Source: Candidatus Shapirobacteria bacterium (GTDB lineage Bacteria > Patescibacteriota > Microgenomatia > UBA12405). Taken from it: DNA of 47,718 bases. A program made the translations under genes and the position numbers. This document shows positions 36,004 to 44,934 of this stretch, one piece after another. Under the pieces are notes generated by a model that saw nothing but the letters and a program-made list of their open reading frames with translations, had not been told where the DNA came from and made no database searches. The DNA is taken from the NCBI GenBank assembly GCA_017992115.1, contig JAGOPG010000001.1:1-47718 (forward strand). The letters run 5' to 3'. The number at the start of each line of letters is the position of its first letter. Position 1 is the stretch's first letter.

Positions 36004-36667
36004 CTATCTTGAAATACACCAATATCGACTCGACAAATTACTGTCTCTTATTGAATCTCTAAAAATTCCCCCGAAAGGACGGGTTTTAGATCTCGGATGT
36101 TACCCCGATTATCTCCTGAAAAATCTCAACAAATCTGGTTTTGAAGTCTATGGAGTCGCTTCAGTTCAAGAAAGCATGGTGCAAAAAAACGTCAGTATTT
36201 TGAATTTAGAAATGGATAAATTACCCTATAAATCAAATTCTTTTGATCTAATTATTTTAAGTGAAGTAATTGAACACTTAGGTACTGGTCTAACAAAGCT
36301 CTATTCGGAAGTTACTCGCTGCCTAAAGCCTGGTGCATTTTTCATAGTTACCACACCAAATGTTCTTCGATTACATAATTTATTTTCCTTAATCATAGGA
36401 AAAAACATTTATTTTCCACTTTTTCAATTAGAGCAAGCTCACAATTTCCGACACCAAAGAGAATACACTCTCCCGGAAATAATTTCTTTTGCCCCAAAAA
36501 ATTTAACAGTTGAACAGACTCAATACTTAATTGCTTACCCACCTTTCCGCCAAAAAGTATCTAAAGAACCATTTTTGACACGTTTATATAAATGGTTTTT
36601 TTACCTCCTATTGCTAATATTTCCTCGACGGCGAGATACTCTGATAGTTGTATTTAAGAAAAGATAA
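35990..36667 (+). CDS. class I SAM-dependent methyltransferase
   Basis: Motif I RVLDLGCYPD, and motif post-II/III FDLIILSEVIEHL..LKPGAFFIVTTPN. Confidence 0.8.
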   Translation: MMSPNYLEIHQYRLDKLLSLIESLKIPPKGRVLDLGCYPDYLLKNLNKSGFEVYGVASVQESMVQKNVSILNLEMDKLPYKSNSFDLIILSEVIEHLGTGLTKLYSEVTRCLKPGAFFIVTTPNVLRLHNLFSLIIGKNIYFPLFQLEQAHNFRHQREYTLPEIISFAPKNLTVEQTQYLIAYPPFRQKVSKEPFLTRLYKWFFYLLLLIFPRRRDTLIVVFKKR

Positions 36668-36701
36668 CCTGCTATACTGGATTATTAGCATTTATTCAAA
36701 T

Positions 36702-37196
36702 ATGGACATTCCACATATTTCTAAAAACCCAACACCATCTCAAATCAATCCAATTTCCTCAACAAAATCAGGACCATCAGTAAAAGTTATATTAATTGTT
36801 TTGTTATTATCAATCCCCGTAGGTTTCTTGCTTTCTCGTCTGACACCGGCAAAAAGTTTTCAAAAAACGTCTGCTTCACCCGCTACCAAAACAGACACAA
36901 TTAGTACTGAATACATTCAAAGTAAAGATGAGATTCAAGTTGGCAAAATTTATGGTGATTCTTCCGCTGAATTTGCAGATACTGCTACTGGTACTATCGA
37001 AAAGGGTAGTATAAATGGAGTCGGCACCCATATCCTTGAAAGAGAAGGTGGAGTATCTCAACGAGCTTCACTTACCTCGTCCGCCGTTGATCTTGATTTA
37101 TTCGTTGGCCGCAAGGTTGAAATTAAAGGTCAAACCAACGCTTCCAACAAAACCGGTTGGCTTCTCGACGTTGGAACGGTCAAAGTCTTGGAGTAA
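36702..37196 (+). CDS. hypothetical membrane-anchored protein
   Basis: ATG 36702 is preferred to the TTG track start, which overlaps the previous gene. One TM helix (VKVILIVLLLSIPVGFLL), then a soluble C-terminal domain. No family recognised. Confidence 0.5.
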   Translation: MDIPHISKNPTPSQINPISSTKSGPSVKVILIVLLLSIPVGFLLSRLTPAKSFQKTSASPATKTDTISTEYIQSKDEIQVGKIYGDSSAEFADTATGTIEKGSINGVGTHILEREGGVSQRASLTSSAVDLDLFVGRKVEIKGQTNASNKTGWLLDVGTVKVLE

Positions 37197-37197
37197 A

Positions 37198-37854
37198 ATG
37201 AAAATAGTTTTTGATAAAGTTTCCAAGAACTATGGCTTAATTAATGTCTTCAAGAACTTGGATCTCAAAATCAAGCCCGGAGATTTTGTTTTTGTTACGG
37301 GCCCGAGCGGATCAGGCAAGTCTACCTTGGTTAAACTAATCCTCAATCAGGTTAAGCCTACCAGTGGTGAAATCATTATCGATGATTACCATCTAAATTC
37401 TATAAAAGACAAAAAAGTTATTGATAGAATTCGCAAAAAAATTGGAGTTATCTTTCAGGATTTTCAGCTTATCAATGACTTAACAGTTGAAGAAAATATT
37501 GCCTTAGCCTTAGATATTGTTGGCTATCCTTCCAGCAAAATTCCTTCACGTATTGATGAAGTTGTTAAAATGGTTAAACTTCAGCATCGCTATTTTCTTT
37601 TTCCTTCCCAGCTTTCTGGTGGTGAACTCCAACGAGCTTCCTTGGCCCGTGCTCTTGCAATTGAGCCGGAAGTAATTTTAGCCGATGAACCTACTGGTAA
37701 TCTCGATCCTGCAAACGCTTGGAACTTAGTAAAGATACTTCAGGAAATTAACGAAAAATTCAACACCACTATTGTTATGACTACACATAATCTTGATTTT
37801 ATTGAATCTCTCGACAAAAAAGTTATACATTTAGGTAAAGATGAGACTCTTTAA
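37198..37854 (+). CDS. ftsE: cell division ABC ATPase FtsE
   Basis: Starts at [13 protein letters not shown]; the track ORF is extended upstream in frame. Walker [10 protein letters not shown], signature LSGGELQR, Walker [15 protein letters not shown] lies upstream. Confidence 0.93.
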   Translation: MKIVFDKVSKNYGLINVFKNLDLKIKPGDFVFVTGPSGSGKSTLVKLILNQVKPTSGEIIIDDYHLNSIKDKKVIDRIRKKIGVIFQDFQLINDLTVEENIALALDIVGYPSSKIPSRIDEVVKMVKLQHRYFLFPSQLSGGELQRASLARALAIEPEVILADEPTGNLDPANAWNLVKILQEINEKFNTTIVMTTHNLDFIESLDKKVIHLGKDETL

Positions 37855-38710
37855 ACTTACTCTCCACCACATCCGTCGTTCTCCTTTTCAAAGCATAATT
37901 GCTTTTTTAACTGTTTTTACTTCTTTTTTTCTCTTAAATTCCTTTATTTTTTTAAACCGTGGTCTTGGAAACGTTTTAAATTATTTCGAAACCAAACCAG
38001 AAATTACCATTTTTCTTAAAGACGGTTTAGACGAAGGTACCATTAAATCATTGGAAGAAGAAATCAATGCTATTCCGCAAGTCAGAGAAATTAGAAAAAT
38101 TTCAAAAGAAAAAGCTCTTGAATTATACAAGGAAATGAATAAAGACAATCCATTATTAACCGAAATGGTTACTTCCTCCATGCTTCCTGCTTCTTTTGAA
38201 GTGTCATCAAGTGACCCCCGTGTCTTAGAAGTTATCGCCCAAAAATTTACTTCCAAAAATGAAGTAGATGAAGTTATTTATCAAAAAGATGTTGTTAAAT
38301 CTTTACTCTCTTGGACTCAAATTGCCAGAATATTCGGTATTGCTTTGGTTGTTATCTTTTTTGTTATTTCCTTTTTAGTGATTTTTACTCTGATGGGAAT
38401 GAAAATTACTAATCGGAAGGATGAAATAAAAATTTCCCGATTACTTGGAGCTTCCAAGTTTTATGTAAAAAGGCCATTCATACTTGAGGGTGCAATCTAT
38501 GGTTTTGTTGGTAGCTTTCTCGGTTTTCTGGTTAGTTTTTTGATTATCTACAATTTACGCCAGCCCATTAATAATTTTTTCCGCCCCATCAGTTTTATTC
38601 CTAATGTTAGTTTTATGGAAGTTGTCATCATGATTATGGAAGTACTTGTCGGGGTCATCATCGGTCTTAGTGCTGGCTGGTTGGGAGCCAAAAGATACAT
38701 TAAATGGTAA
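37841..38710 (+). CDS. ftsX: cell division permease-like protein FtsX
   Basis: TM1, a large extracytoplasmic loop, then three C-terminal TM helices. Overlaps ftsE by 14 nt. Confidence 0.9.
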   Translation: MRLFKLTLHHIRRSPFQSIIAFLTVFTSFFLLNSFIFLNRGLGNVLNYFETKPEITIFLKDGLDEGTIKSLEEEINAIPQVREIRKISKEKALELYKEMNKDNPLLTEMVTSSMLPASFEVSSSDPRVLEVIAQKFTSKNEVDEVIYQKDVVKSLLSWTQIARIFGIALVVIFFVISFLVIFTLMGMKITNRKDEIKISRLLGASKFYVKRPFILEGAIYGFVGSFLGFLVSFLIIYNLRQPINNFFRPISFIPNVSFMEVVIMIMEVLVGVIIGLSAGWLGAKRYIKW

Positions 38711-39867
38711 AAAAGATACTTTTCTTGTTACTATTTTTTCTTTTTTCTTTATACGTTCCTGTATACGCAGAAACACAACAAGAGTATGAGCAACAAGAAC
38801 AAGAATACAGGAATAAACTAGCTGAATTAAGTAAACAAAAAAATACTCTAAGTAATCAAATAAAAATTTTTGATACTCAAATTGCTCAAACCGAATTAAA
38901 AATCAAACAAACTATTTCATCTATCGAAATCCTTAAAAATGAAATCGCTGATTTAGGTGTAAAGATTGGCAATCTTGACGTATCGTTAAATAATCTATCA
39001 GCTGTATATATCCAGCAAGTAGCCCAAAATTATAAACTAGAAAAAAGAATGCCGTTTAAAGGTTTATTAAATTTCTCTTCTCTAAATAATTTTTTACAAA
39101 ATTACAAATATATTTCCGTTCTTCAACAAAATAGTCACAATACCCTTATGGAAATGGAAACTAACCGCACCAATATGGACATTCAAAAACAAGCCAAAAC
39201 TGAAAAACAAAAAGAACTGGAAAACCAGGAGAAGACATTAAAATCACAGCAAAAATCCTTAGCAAATCAAAAATTATCAAAAAATGAGTTGTTACAAATT
39301 ACAAAAAATGATGAGAAAAAATATCAAGCATTACTATCTCAAGTACAAGCTAAACTATCTACTTTTAGTAACACTACAGTTGGATGTTTGTCATCAAATG
39401 CTCCAGCGGGTAGTGATGGAAATTATTATAGTCAACTAGATAATCGATGGTGTAGTCAATATATTGGACCGCAAACAATATATACCATAGGGAATGCAGG
39501 CTGTTACTTGACTAGCATGTCAATGTTATTAAAAAAGATAGGGTATGATATTAGTCCTAGCGCATATGCAGCCGATATAAGTCGTTTTACTTCTAGCGCC
39601 GATTTGGCTAATCCTTCTGTTCCAGATGGATATAAATATCAAAAAATAAGCTCATACGACACTTCAGCGATAGATAGAGAACTTAGTAATAACAGATATG
39701 TAATTGTTCAAGTGCCAATGAGAGGAAGTCCTTCAGGCTATCATTTTGTTGTATTAATATCAGGGTCTTCAGGTAATTACATTATGCACGATCCCGTATA
39801 TGGTCCCGATAAAAACTTTAGTCAATATTACTCAAGAGTTATTAGTGTTAGGTTAATTACAAAATAA
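38704..39867 (+). CDS. secreted coiled-coil protein with a C-terminal papain-like cysteine peptidase domain (PcsB/CwlO/EnvC-analogous FtsEX partner candidate)
   Basis: Signal peptide. About 200 aa of heptad-rich Q/K/E sequence. The C-terminal domain has NAGCYLTSMSMLL (Cys), GYHFVVLI (His) and MHDP. Overlaps ftsX by 7 nt. Confidence 0.7.
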   Translation: MVKKILFLLLFFLFSLYVPVYAETQQEYEQQEQEYRNKLAELSKQKNTLSNQIKIFDTQIAQTELKIKQTISSIEILKNEIADLGVKIGNLDVSLNNLSAVYIQQVAQNYKLEKRMPFKGLLNFSSLNNFLQNYKYISVLQQNSHNTLMEMETNRTNMDIQKQAKTEKQKELENQEKTLKSQQKSLANQKLSKNELLQITKNDEKKYQALLSQVQAKLSTFSNTTVGCLSSNAPAGSDGNYYSQLDNRWCSQYIGPQTIYTIGNAGCYLTSMSMLLKKIGYDISPSAYAADISRFTSSADLANPSVPDGYKYQKISSYDTSAIDRELSNNRYVIVQVPMRGSPSGYHFVVLISGSSGNYIMHDPVYGPDKNFSQYYSRVISVRLITK

Positions 39868-39892
39868 TCCCCCCGAATTATCGAGGGGATTA
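39865..39892. terminator. 8-bp stem-loop between convergent genes
   Basis: TAATCCCC (39865-39872) pairs with GGGGATTA (39885-39892). It includes the stop codon of 38704..39867. Confidence 0.45.
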
Positions 39893-39922
39893 ACTATTTA
39901 CTATTCACTACTTACTATTTTC

Positions 39923-40513
39923 TTAGTATCCTCTAGCACGTTTACGTATACCTAAAGCTCCAAGAGCCATAGTTACGACACCCACACTTTGGATCAACAA
40001 GTCACTTGAACCGGTCTTAGGTGTAGTTTTTTTAGTTATATAGAAAGTAGCAGTATCACGATCAGAAACATTATTATTTCGAACAGTAGCTACATTAGTT
40101 TGGGAGCTAACAGCACTATCAGTAGCCACTTTAGCTCTTAGCATATAGTTTCTGGTTTCACCTACTCCAAGGCTGGAAATTTCCCAAGTAACAGTTCTAT
40201 TTTTAGTATCAATTTTACCGGGAGCCAAAATGATCTGGTTGACAATAGGATAACTATCAGTAACCACCAGGTTATATAGAATATCTTTACCGGTATTACG
40301 GACTAAAATATTAAAATCCATTATATCTCCGGTCACAAAGAGTTTTTGCTCAGTGCCAATATTATCGTAGTATTTAGTATCGTTTATAGGTCTGATCTTT
40401 TTATCAATAGATACTTGATATTCCACCTTTTCCTGGGAATAGCTATCAGCTAAAACTCCCTTAGGAAAAACAAAAACTGCCATTAAGGCTAAAACTAAAA
40501 TAACTTTTTTCAT
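39923..40513 (-). CDS. cell-surface protein with DUF11-like beta domain and a C-terminal sortase-type sorting signal
   Basis: Signal peptide MKKVILVLALMAVFVFPKGVLA and the motif VRNTGKDILYNLVVTDSYP. The C-terminus has TPKTG, a hydrophobic stretch SSDLLIQSVGVVTMALGALGI, and a basic tail RKRARGY. Confidence 0.75.
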   Translation of the reverse strand: MKKVILVLALMAVFVFPKGVLADSYSQEKVEYQVSIDKKIRPINDTKYYDNIGTEQKLFVTGDIMDFNILVRNTGKDILYNLVVTDSYPIVNQIILAPGKIDTKNRTVTWEISSLGVGETRNYMLRAKVATDSAVSSQTNVATVRNNNVSDRDTATFYITKKTTPKTGSSDLLIQSVGVVTMALGALGIRKRARGY

Positions 40514-40596
40514 ATTATTTTTGATTAATAATTTATATTACAGGTTATTATACCTCAAATAATTGTGCTGTCAACATATTTTGCTATACTCTCTAT

Positions 40597-41325
40597 ATGT
40601 CTTCATACCTAATAAATGAGTTATCCGTTTTCTTTCCTTGTTACAACGAAGCTAAAAATATTAACCATACTGTAGATAAGGCAGTCAAAATACTCAAAAA
40701 AATTGCCCAAAAATGGGAAATTATTATTGTCAATGATGGTTCAAAAGATAATACGGCCGAAGTTGCTCAAAAACTCAAAAAAAAATACAGCCCAAACATT
40801 AGAATAATTACTCATAATCCCAATCGTGGTTATGGAGCCGCCCTCCAAAGTGGTTTTTATAATTCTAAATATTCCTGGATTGCCTTCACCGACTCCGATG
40901 GTCAATTTGATTTTTCTGAGATTACAAAATTTATTGAAACTCAAAAAAAGACAAATACTGATTTAGTTATAGGTTATTATTTAAAAAGGCAGGTTCCTAA
41001 AAGTGTTATTCTAACTTCAAAAATTTGGGAAATTATTGTCTATATTCTTTTTGGTCTAAAAGTCCGTGATATTGACTGTGCTTTTAAATTAATCAATAAA
41101 AAGGTTATTGACACCATCCCTCGCTTGGAAGCAGAGAGGGGAGCCTTTATAACTAGTGAGTTGTTAATCAAGGCTAAAAAATCTGGTTTTAAATTCGCAC
41201 AAGTCGGTGTTAGCCATTTTCCCCGCACCGAAGGTCAGGCTACTGGTCGTCAGTTAAAAGTAATTATCAAAAGCTTTTCCGACCTTATAAAACTTTGGTT
41301 TAAACTAAATTTTAAACGTGATTAA
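40597..41325 (+). CDS. GT2 glycosyltransferase (polyprenol-phosphate sugar synthase, DPM1/GtrB-like)
   Basis: FFPCYNE, IIIVNDGSKDNT, NRGYGAALQSG and FTDSDGQ (DxD). Confidence 0.85.
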   Translation: MSSYLINELSVFFPCYNEAKNINHTVDKAVKILKKIAQKWEIIIVNDGSKDNTAEVAQKLKKKYSPNIRIITHNPNRGYGAALQSGFYNSKYSWIAFTDSDGQFDFSEITKFIETQKKTNTDLVIGYYLKRQVPKSVILTSKIWEIIVYILFGLKVRDIDCAFKLINKKVIDTIPRLEAERGAFITSELLIKAKKSGFKFAQVGVSHFPRTEGQATGRQLKVIIKSFSDLIKLWFKLNFKRD

Positions 41326-42742
41326 AAAATTTCTTAAAAAAAATTGGTTGATTCTGTTAATTCTTTTCTTAGCCGCTTTTTTAAGACTTTACAAAATTGC
41401 CGATTATGCTGAATTTTTAGGCGATCAGGGACGGGATTTAATTATTATTCGCGATTTTCTAAAAAACGGTAATCTATTTTTCATCGGTCCTCAAACCAGC
41501 ATTGGCAATATGTATTTGGGCCCTTTTTATTATTACCTAATCGCTCCTGCTTTACTTTTAACCAATTTTCATCCACTAGGTCCTGCTGTATTTATAGCCC
41601 TAGTTTCGGTATTAACTGTTTATTTAATCTATTATGTTGGCAAAAAATGGTTCAATCCTACCACTGGCTATATCGCCGCCTTTCTTTATGCACTTTCTCC
41701 TGTAGCTATAAAATTTGGTACCTTTTCCTGGAATCCAAACATTATGCCTCTATTTTCCCTACTATTTATTTATTATGTAGCCGAAAAAAAATATCCCTTG
41801 GCTGCCATTGCCTTCGCCATGTGTCTCAATTCTCATTATTTAGCCTTAATTTTATTGCCTGTTGCCGGTATTATATGGCTAAAAAACTATTCACCAAAAC
41901 TTATCAGGCCCACTCTACTGGCTATACTTATTTTTCTGCTAAGTCTCACTCCTCAAGTTCTTTTTGATATAAAGCATAAAGGTCAAAATATTAATGCCCT
42001 TAAAACATTTTTTGTGGAGAGGGAAAATACTGTTAATCTCAAAGTATATAAATCCATACCTGTTATCCCAAAACTTTTTAATCAAATCAATACCAGCCTT
42101 TTGGCAGCACACCAATCTCCATTTGGACTGTATATCTCTATACTTCTAGCCACCGGTCTAATTATTCTTTTATTTGAAGATAAAAATAAAAATAAATATT
42201 TTATTTATTGTCTACTATGGTATTTTTTGGCACTTATCGGTCTTGGTCTTTACAAACAACACATTTACGATCACTACTTTGGATTTGTCTTTCCAGTAGT
42301 ATTTCTACTCACCGGCTACTTACTTAGTCGTATTTCTCTTTGGATTTCTCTACCCACACTTATTGTCTTATCTTACATATCGATTACCAACTTACACTTT
42401 AATTACCCTGCCAATCATCAAATTGCGAACGCACAAAATGTCGCTAATTATATTCTCGAACAAGCTCAGGGAAAAACTTTTAATTATGCAGGTTTAAGTA
42501 AAATGGGTTATGCCTTTACTTATTTTCTAGTTGATCAACCTAATTATCGAGATTTAAAGGATGAAAAAGGTGAACAACTTTTTGTTACCTGTGTTCCCCA
42601 CCCGGATATAAACTGCCAGCCGATAAACAATCCTGAATGGGCTATTGCTGCCTTTGGTTGGTCTAAAATTGATACCGAATCTGAAATCGATGGTATAAAA
42701 ATATACCGTTTAATTCCCAACATTGAAGGGAAAAATATATAA
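41318..42742 (+). CDS. polytopic GT-C-type glycosyltransferase-like membrane protein (ArnT/PMT_2-like)
   Basis: GTG start. More than 10 TM helices. First loop FLGDQGRDLIIIRDF..GPQTSIGNMYLGPFYYYL. Paralog of 16528..18063. Confidence 0.65.
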   Translation: MIKKFLKKNWLILLILFLAAFLRLYKIADYAEFLGDQGRDLIIIRDFLKNGNLFFIGPQTSIGNMYLGPFYYYLIAPALLLTNFHPLGPAVFIALVSVLTVYLIYYVGKKWFNPTTGYIAAFLYALSPVAIKFGTFSWNPNIMPLFSLLFIYYVAEKKYPLAAIAFAMCLNSHYLALILLPVAGIIWLKNYSPKLIRPTLLAILIFLLSLTPQVLFDIKHKGQNINALKTFFVERENTVNLKVYKSIPVIPKLFNQINTSLLAAHQSPFGLYISILLATGLIILLFEDKNKNKYFIYCLLWYFLALIGLGLYKQHIYDHYFGFVFPVVFLLTGYLLSRISLWISLPTLIVLSYISITNLHFNYPANHQIANAQNVANYILEQAQGKTFNYAGLSKMGYAFTYFLVDQPNYRDLKDEKGEQLFVTCVPHPDINCQPINNPEWAIAAFGWSKIDTESEIDGIKIYRLIPNIEGKNI

Positions 42743-42749
42743 TCACTCT

Positions 42750-43514
42750 ATGACTGCTTTATCTGTCATCATCCCCTGTTATAACGAAGAAGAAAATTTG
42801 AAGAGGGGAGTTCTAGAAGAAGTTGATCAGTATTTTAAAACAGCCAAATACCCCTACGAAGTATTAATTTGTAATGACAAATCAACCGATAATAGTCTAA
42901 AAATAGCTCAAAGATTTGCCAAAACTCATCCAAAATTTAAAGTCCTGGATTTACCCAAAGGTGGCAAGCCCGGTGCACTTTGGGGTGGTTTACAGCAGGC
43001 CAAATACCCACTTGTACTTTTTACAGACATGGATCAATCTACACCTATTACTGAAATTGAAAAATTACTGCCATATTATTCTAAAAAATACGATATCGTT
43101 ATCGGCTCTCGTGGTGGTGAACGAAGCGGTTTTAATTTTATCCGTGTTTTAGGTTCAAAAACATTCACCTTCTTTCGTAAATTGCTTTTAAAAAGTAAGA
43201 TTGATGACACTCAATGCGGATTCAAATCAATGAAAACTGATGTTGCCAAAACGATTTTTCCGCGCCTTGACGTCATCAAAAACATTCAAAGTGGCCAAGG
43301 CTGGCGGGTATCCGCTTACGATGTTGAAATGCTATTTATTGCCGATAAAATGGGTTATAAAATCAAAGAAGTACCGGTTTTATGGCAGGATGAAGATGTC
43401 AGTACTACTAAGGGCGACGCTACAGCCAAATATTTTAAAGAATCCAAAAGAATGGCCGCAGAAGTTTGGCGAGTATTTACTAACAATCTTCAAGGACTTT
43501 ATGAAAAAAAATAA
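42750..43514 (+). CDS. GT2 glycosyltransferase (DPM1-like), second copy
   Basis: ATG 42750 is preferred over TTG 42723. VIIPCYNEEENL, LICNDKSTDNS and FTDMDQS (DxD). Confidence 0.85.
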   Translation: MTALSVIIPCYNEEENLKRGVLEEVDQYFKTAKYPYEVLICNDKSTDNSLKIAQRFAKTHPKFKVLDLPKGGKPGALWGGLQQAKYPLVLFTDMDQSTPITEIEKLLPYYSKKYDIVIGSRGGERSGFNFIRVLGSKTFTFFRKLLLKSKIDDTQCGFKSMKTDVAKTIFPRLDVIKNIQSGQGWRVSAYDVEMLFIADKMGYKIKEVPVLWQDEDVSTTKGDATAKYFKESKRMAAEVWRVFTNNLQGLYEKK

Positions 43515-44931
43515 GAATTACCTATACTTAGGCATAATACTAGTTTTTTATTTCATTTCCCGTTTAGTAAATCTAAATTCCTTACCTGTTTTTGGCGACG
43601 AAGCTATCTATGTTCGTTGGGCTCAAATTATTAAAAGTGTTGATACTCTCCGCTTTATCCCTCTCACCGATGGTAAACAACCGCTCTTTATGTGGCTAAA
43701 TGCTGCTACTCTTAAATTTATAGTCGATCCCTTAATAGCAGGACGTATTATTTCTGTCTTTGCTGGTGCGGGTATTCTTACTCTTCTTTTTTTGATTACA
43801 AACTCATTGATTGCTCCACTTTTATATCTATTTGTTCCCTTTTCTTTCTTTTTTGACCGCCTGGCAACAGCCGATAATCTCCTTTCTTTTTTTGGTCTTT
43901 TTAGTTTTTTTCTTTCTTTAAAATTAGCCCAAAAACCAGCCTGGGATAAAGCTATGGTTTTGGGTGCAGTTCTGGGCCTAGCCTGGTTGACAAAGTCTCC
44001 GGCCATATATTTTATTGTTCTCAGCTTATTTACCTATGTTGCTTTTAAAAAGGACAATTATAAAAAAATATATTATCCCCTAATTTCCGCTTTAATAGCT
44101 ATCATTATTTATAATATTCTTCGCCTTGGACCTTCATTTTCTCAAATTGCCCTCAGGAACAAAGACTACGTCTGGCCAATTTTAGAGATACTTAAGCACC
44201 CTCTTGACCCCCTTGTCCCTCATCTTCACGATACTTTCACTATTTTTCATTATTACCTTACCCTCCCTATTTTATTAATTCCCTCACTTTACTTCTTTTT
44301 CAAAAAACATATTAAGTTCGACTTCTTGTTTCTCGTTTCTTGCTTCTGGTTTCTTTTACCACTTTTAGCCAACGCCGCCATGGCTAAGGTTTTTACCGGC
44401 CGTTATATACTCTATACCTTGCCCTACTTACTGATTATTATTTCCTATTTTCTAAAACCCTTATTTCAACGCCGTTATTTTTGGTTAATTGCCCTTTTTT
44501 TAATTCTTCCTCTTACTAGAACCCTACACATATCTCTCTTCCCTTATACTGTAAAATTACCCCAAACTGATTCTGGCTACAATACAGGCTGGACTTCAGG
44601 TTGGGGAATTCGCTCTAGTGCTGATTATCTTCGTAATCGGGCCAAATACGCCAATATAATCGTTGGTACTGAAGGTTATTTTGGTACTTTACCTGATGGA
44701 CTTCAAATATATGGCAATCAAGTTTCTCAGTTGACAATTTTTGGAGTAGGGCTAAATATTACCAAAATTCCTGAAAAGTTAATCGATGCTCGAAATTATG
44801 GAGATGAGGTATATCTCCTTTTTAACCAGTCTCGCTTAAAATTAGACAGCAGTGAACTTTCCAAATTAATTTTGGTTAGGAAAACCCCCAAACCCGACGG
44901 TGATGCTCTTCTTTTGTATAAACTCCTGTAA
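43501..44931 (+). CDS. GT-C glycosyltransferase (GT39/GT83, PMT_2-like)
   Basis: Starts at MKKNKNYLYLG; the track ORF is extended in frame through the previous gene. The first-loop acidic motif FGDEAIYVRWA is typical of ArnT/PMT enzymes. More than 10 TM helices. Confidence 0.75.
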   Translation: MKKNKNYLYLGIILVFYFISRLVNLNSLPVFGDEAIYVRWAQIIKSVDTLRFIPLTDGKQPLFMWLNAATLKFIVDPLIAGRIISVFAGAGILTLLFLITNSLIAPLLYLFVPFSFFFDRLATADNLLSFFGLFSFFLSLKLAQKPAWDKAMVLGAVLGLAWLTKSPAIYFIVLSLFTYVAFKKDNYKKIYYPLISALIAIIIYNILRLGPSFSQIALRNKDYVWPILEILKHPLDPLVPHLHDTFTIFHYYLTLPILLIPSLYFFFKKHIKFDFLFLVSCFWFLLPLLANAAMAKVFTGRYILYTLPYLLIIISYFLKPLFQRRYFWLIALFLILPLTRTLHISLFPYTVKLPQTDSGYNTGWTSGWGIRSSADYLRNRAKYANIIVGTEGYFGTLPDGLQIYGNQVSQLTIFGVGLNITKIPEKLIDARNYGDEVYLLFNQSRLKLDSSELSKLILVRKTPKPDGDALLLYKLL

Positions 44932-44934
44932 AAT

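Noticed and set aside
37015-37197. N-terminal extensions of track ORFs (37015 for ftsE, 43240 for the GT-C gene, 42723 for GT2, 20827 for the RSH gene, 235 for the mutase, 36648 for the hypothetical)
   Set aside because: Each extension overlaps the preceding gene in another frame and adds non-homologous residues. Internal ATGs give canonical N-termini and tight operon junctions.
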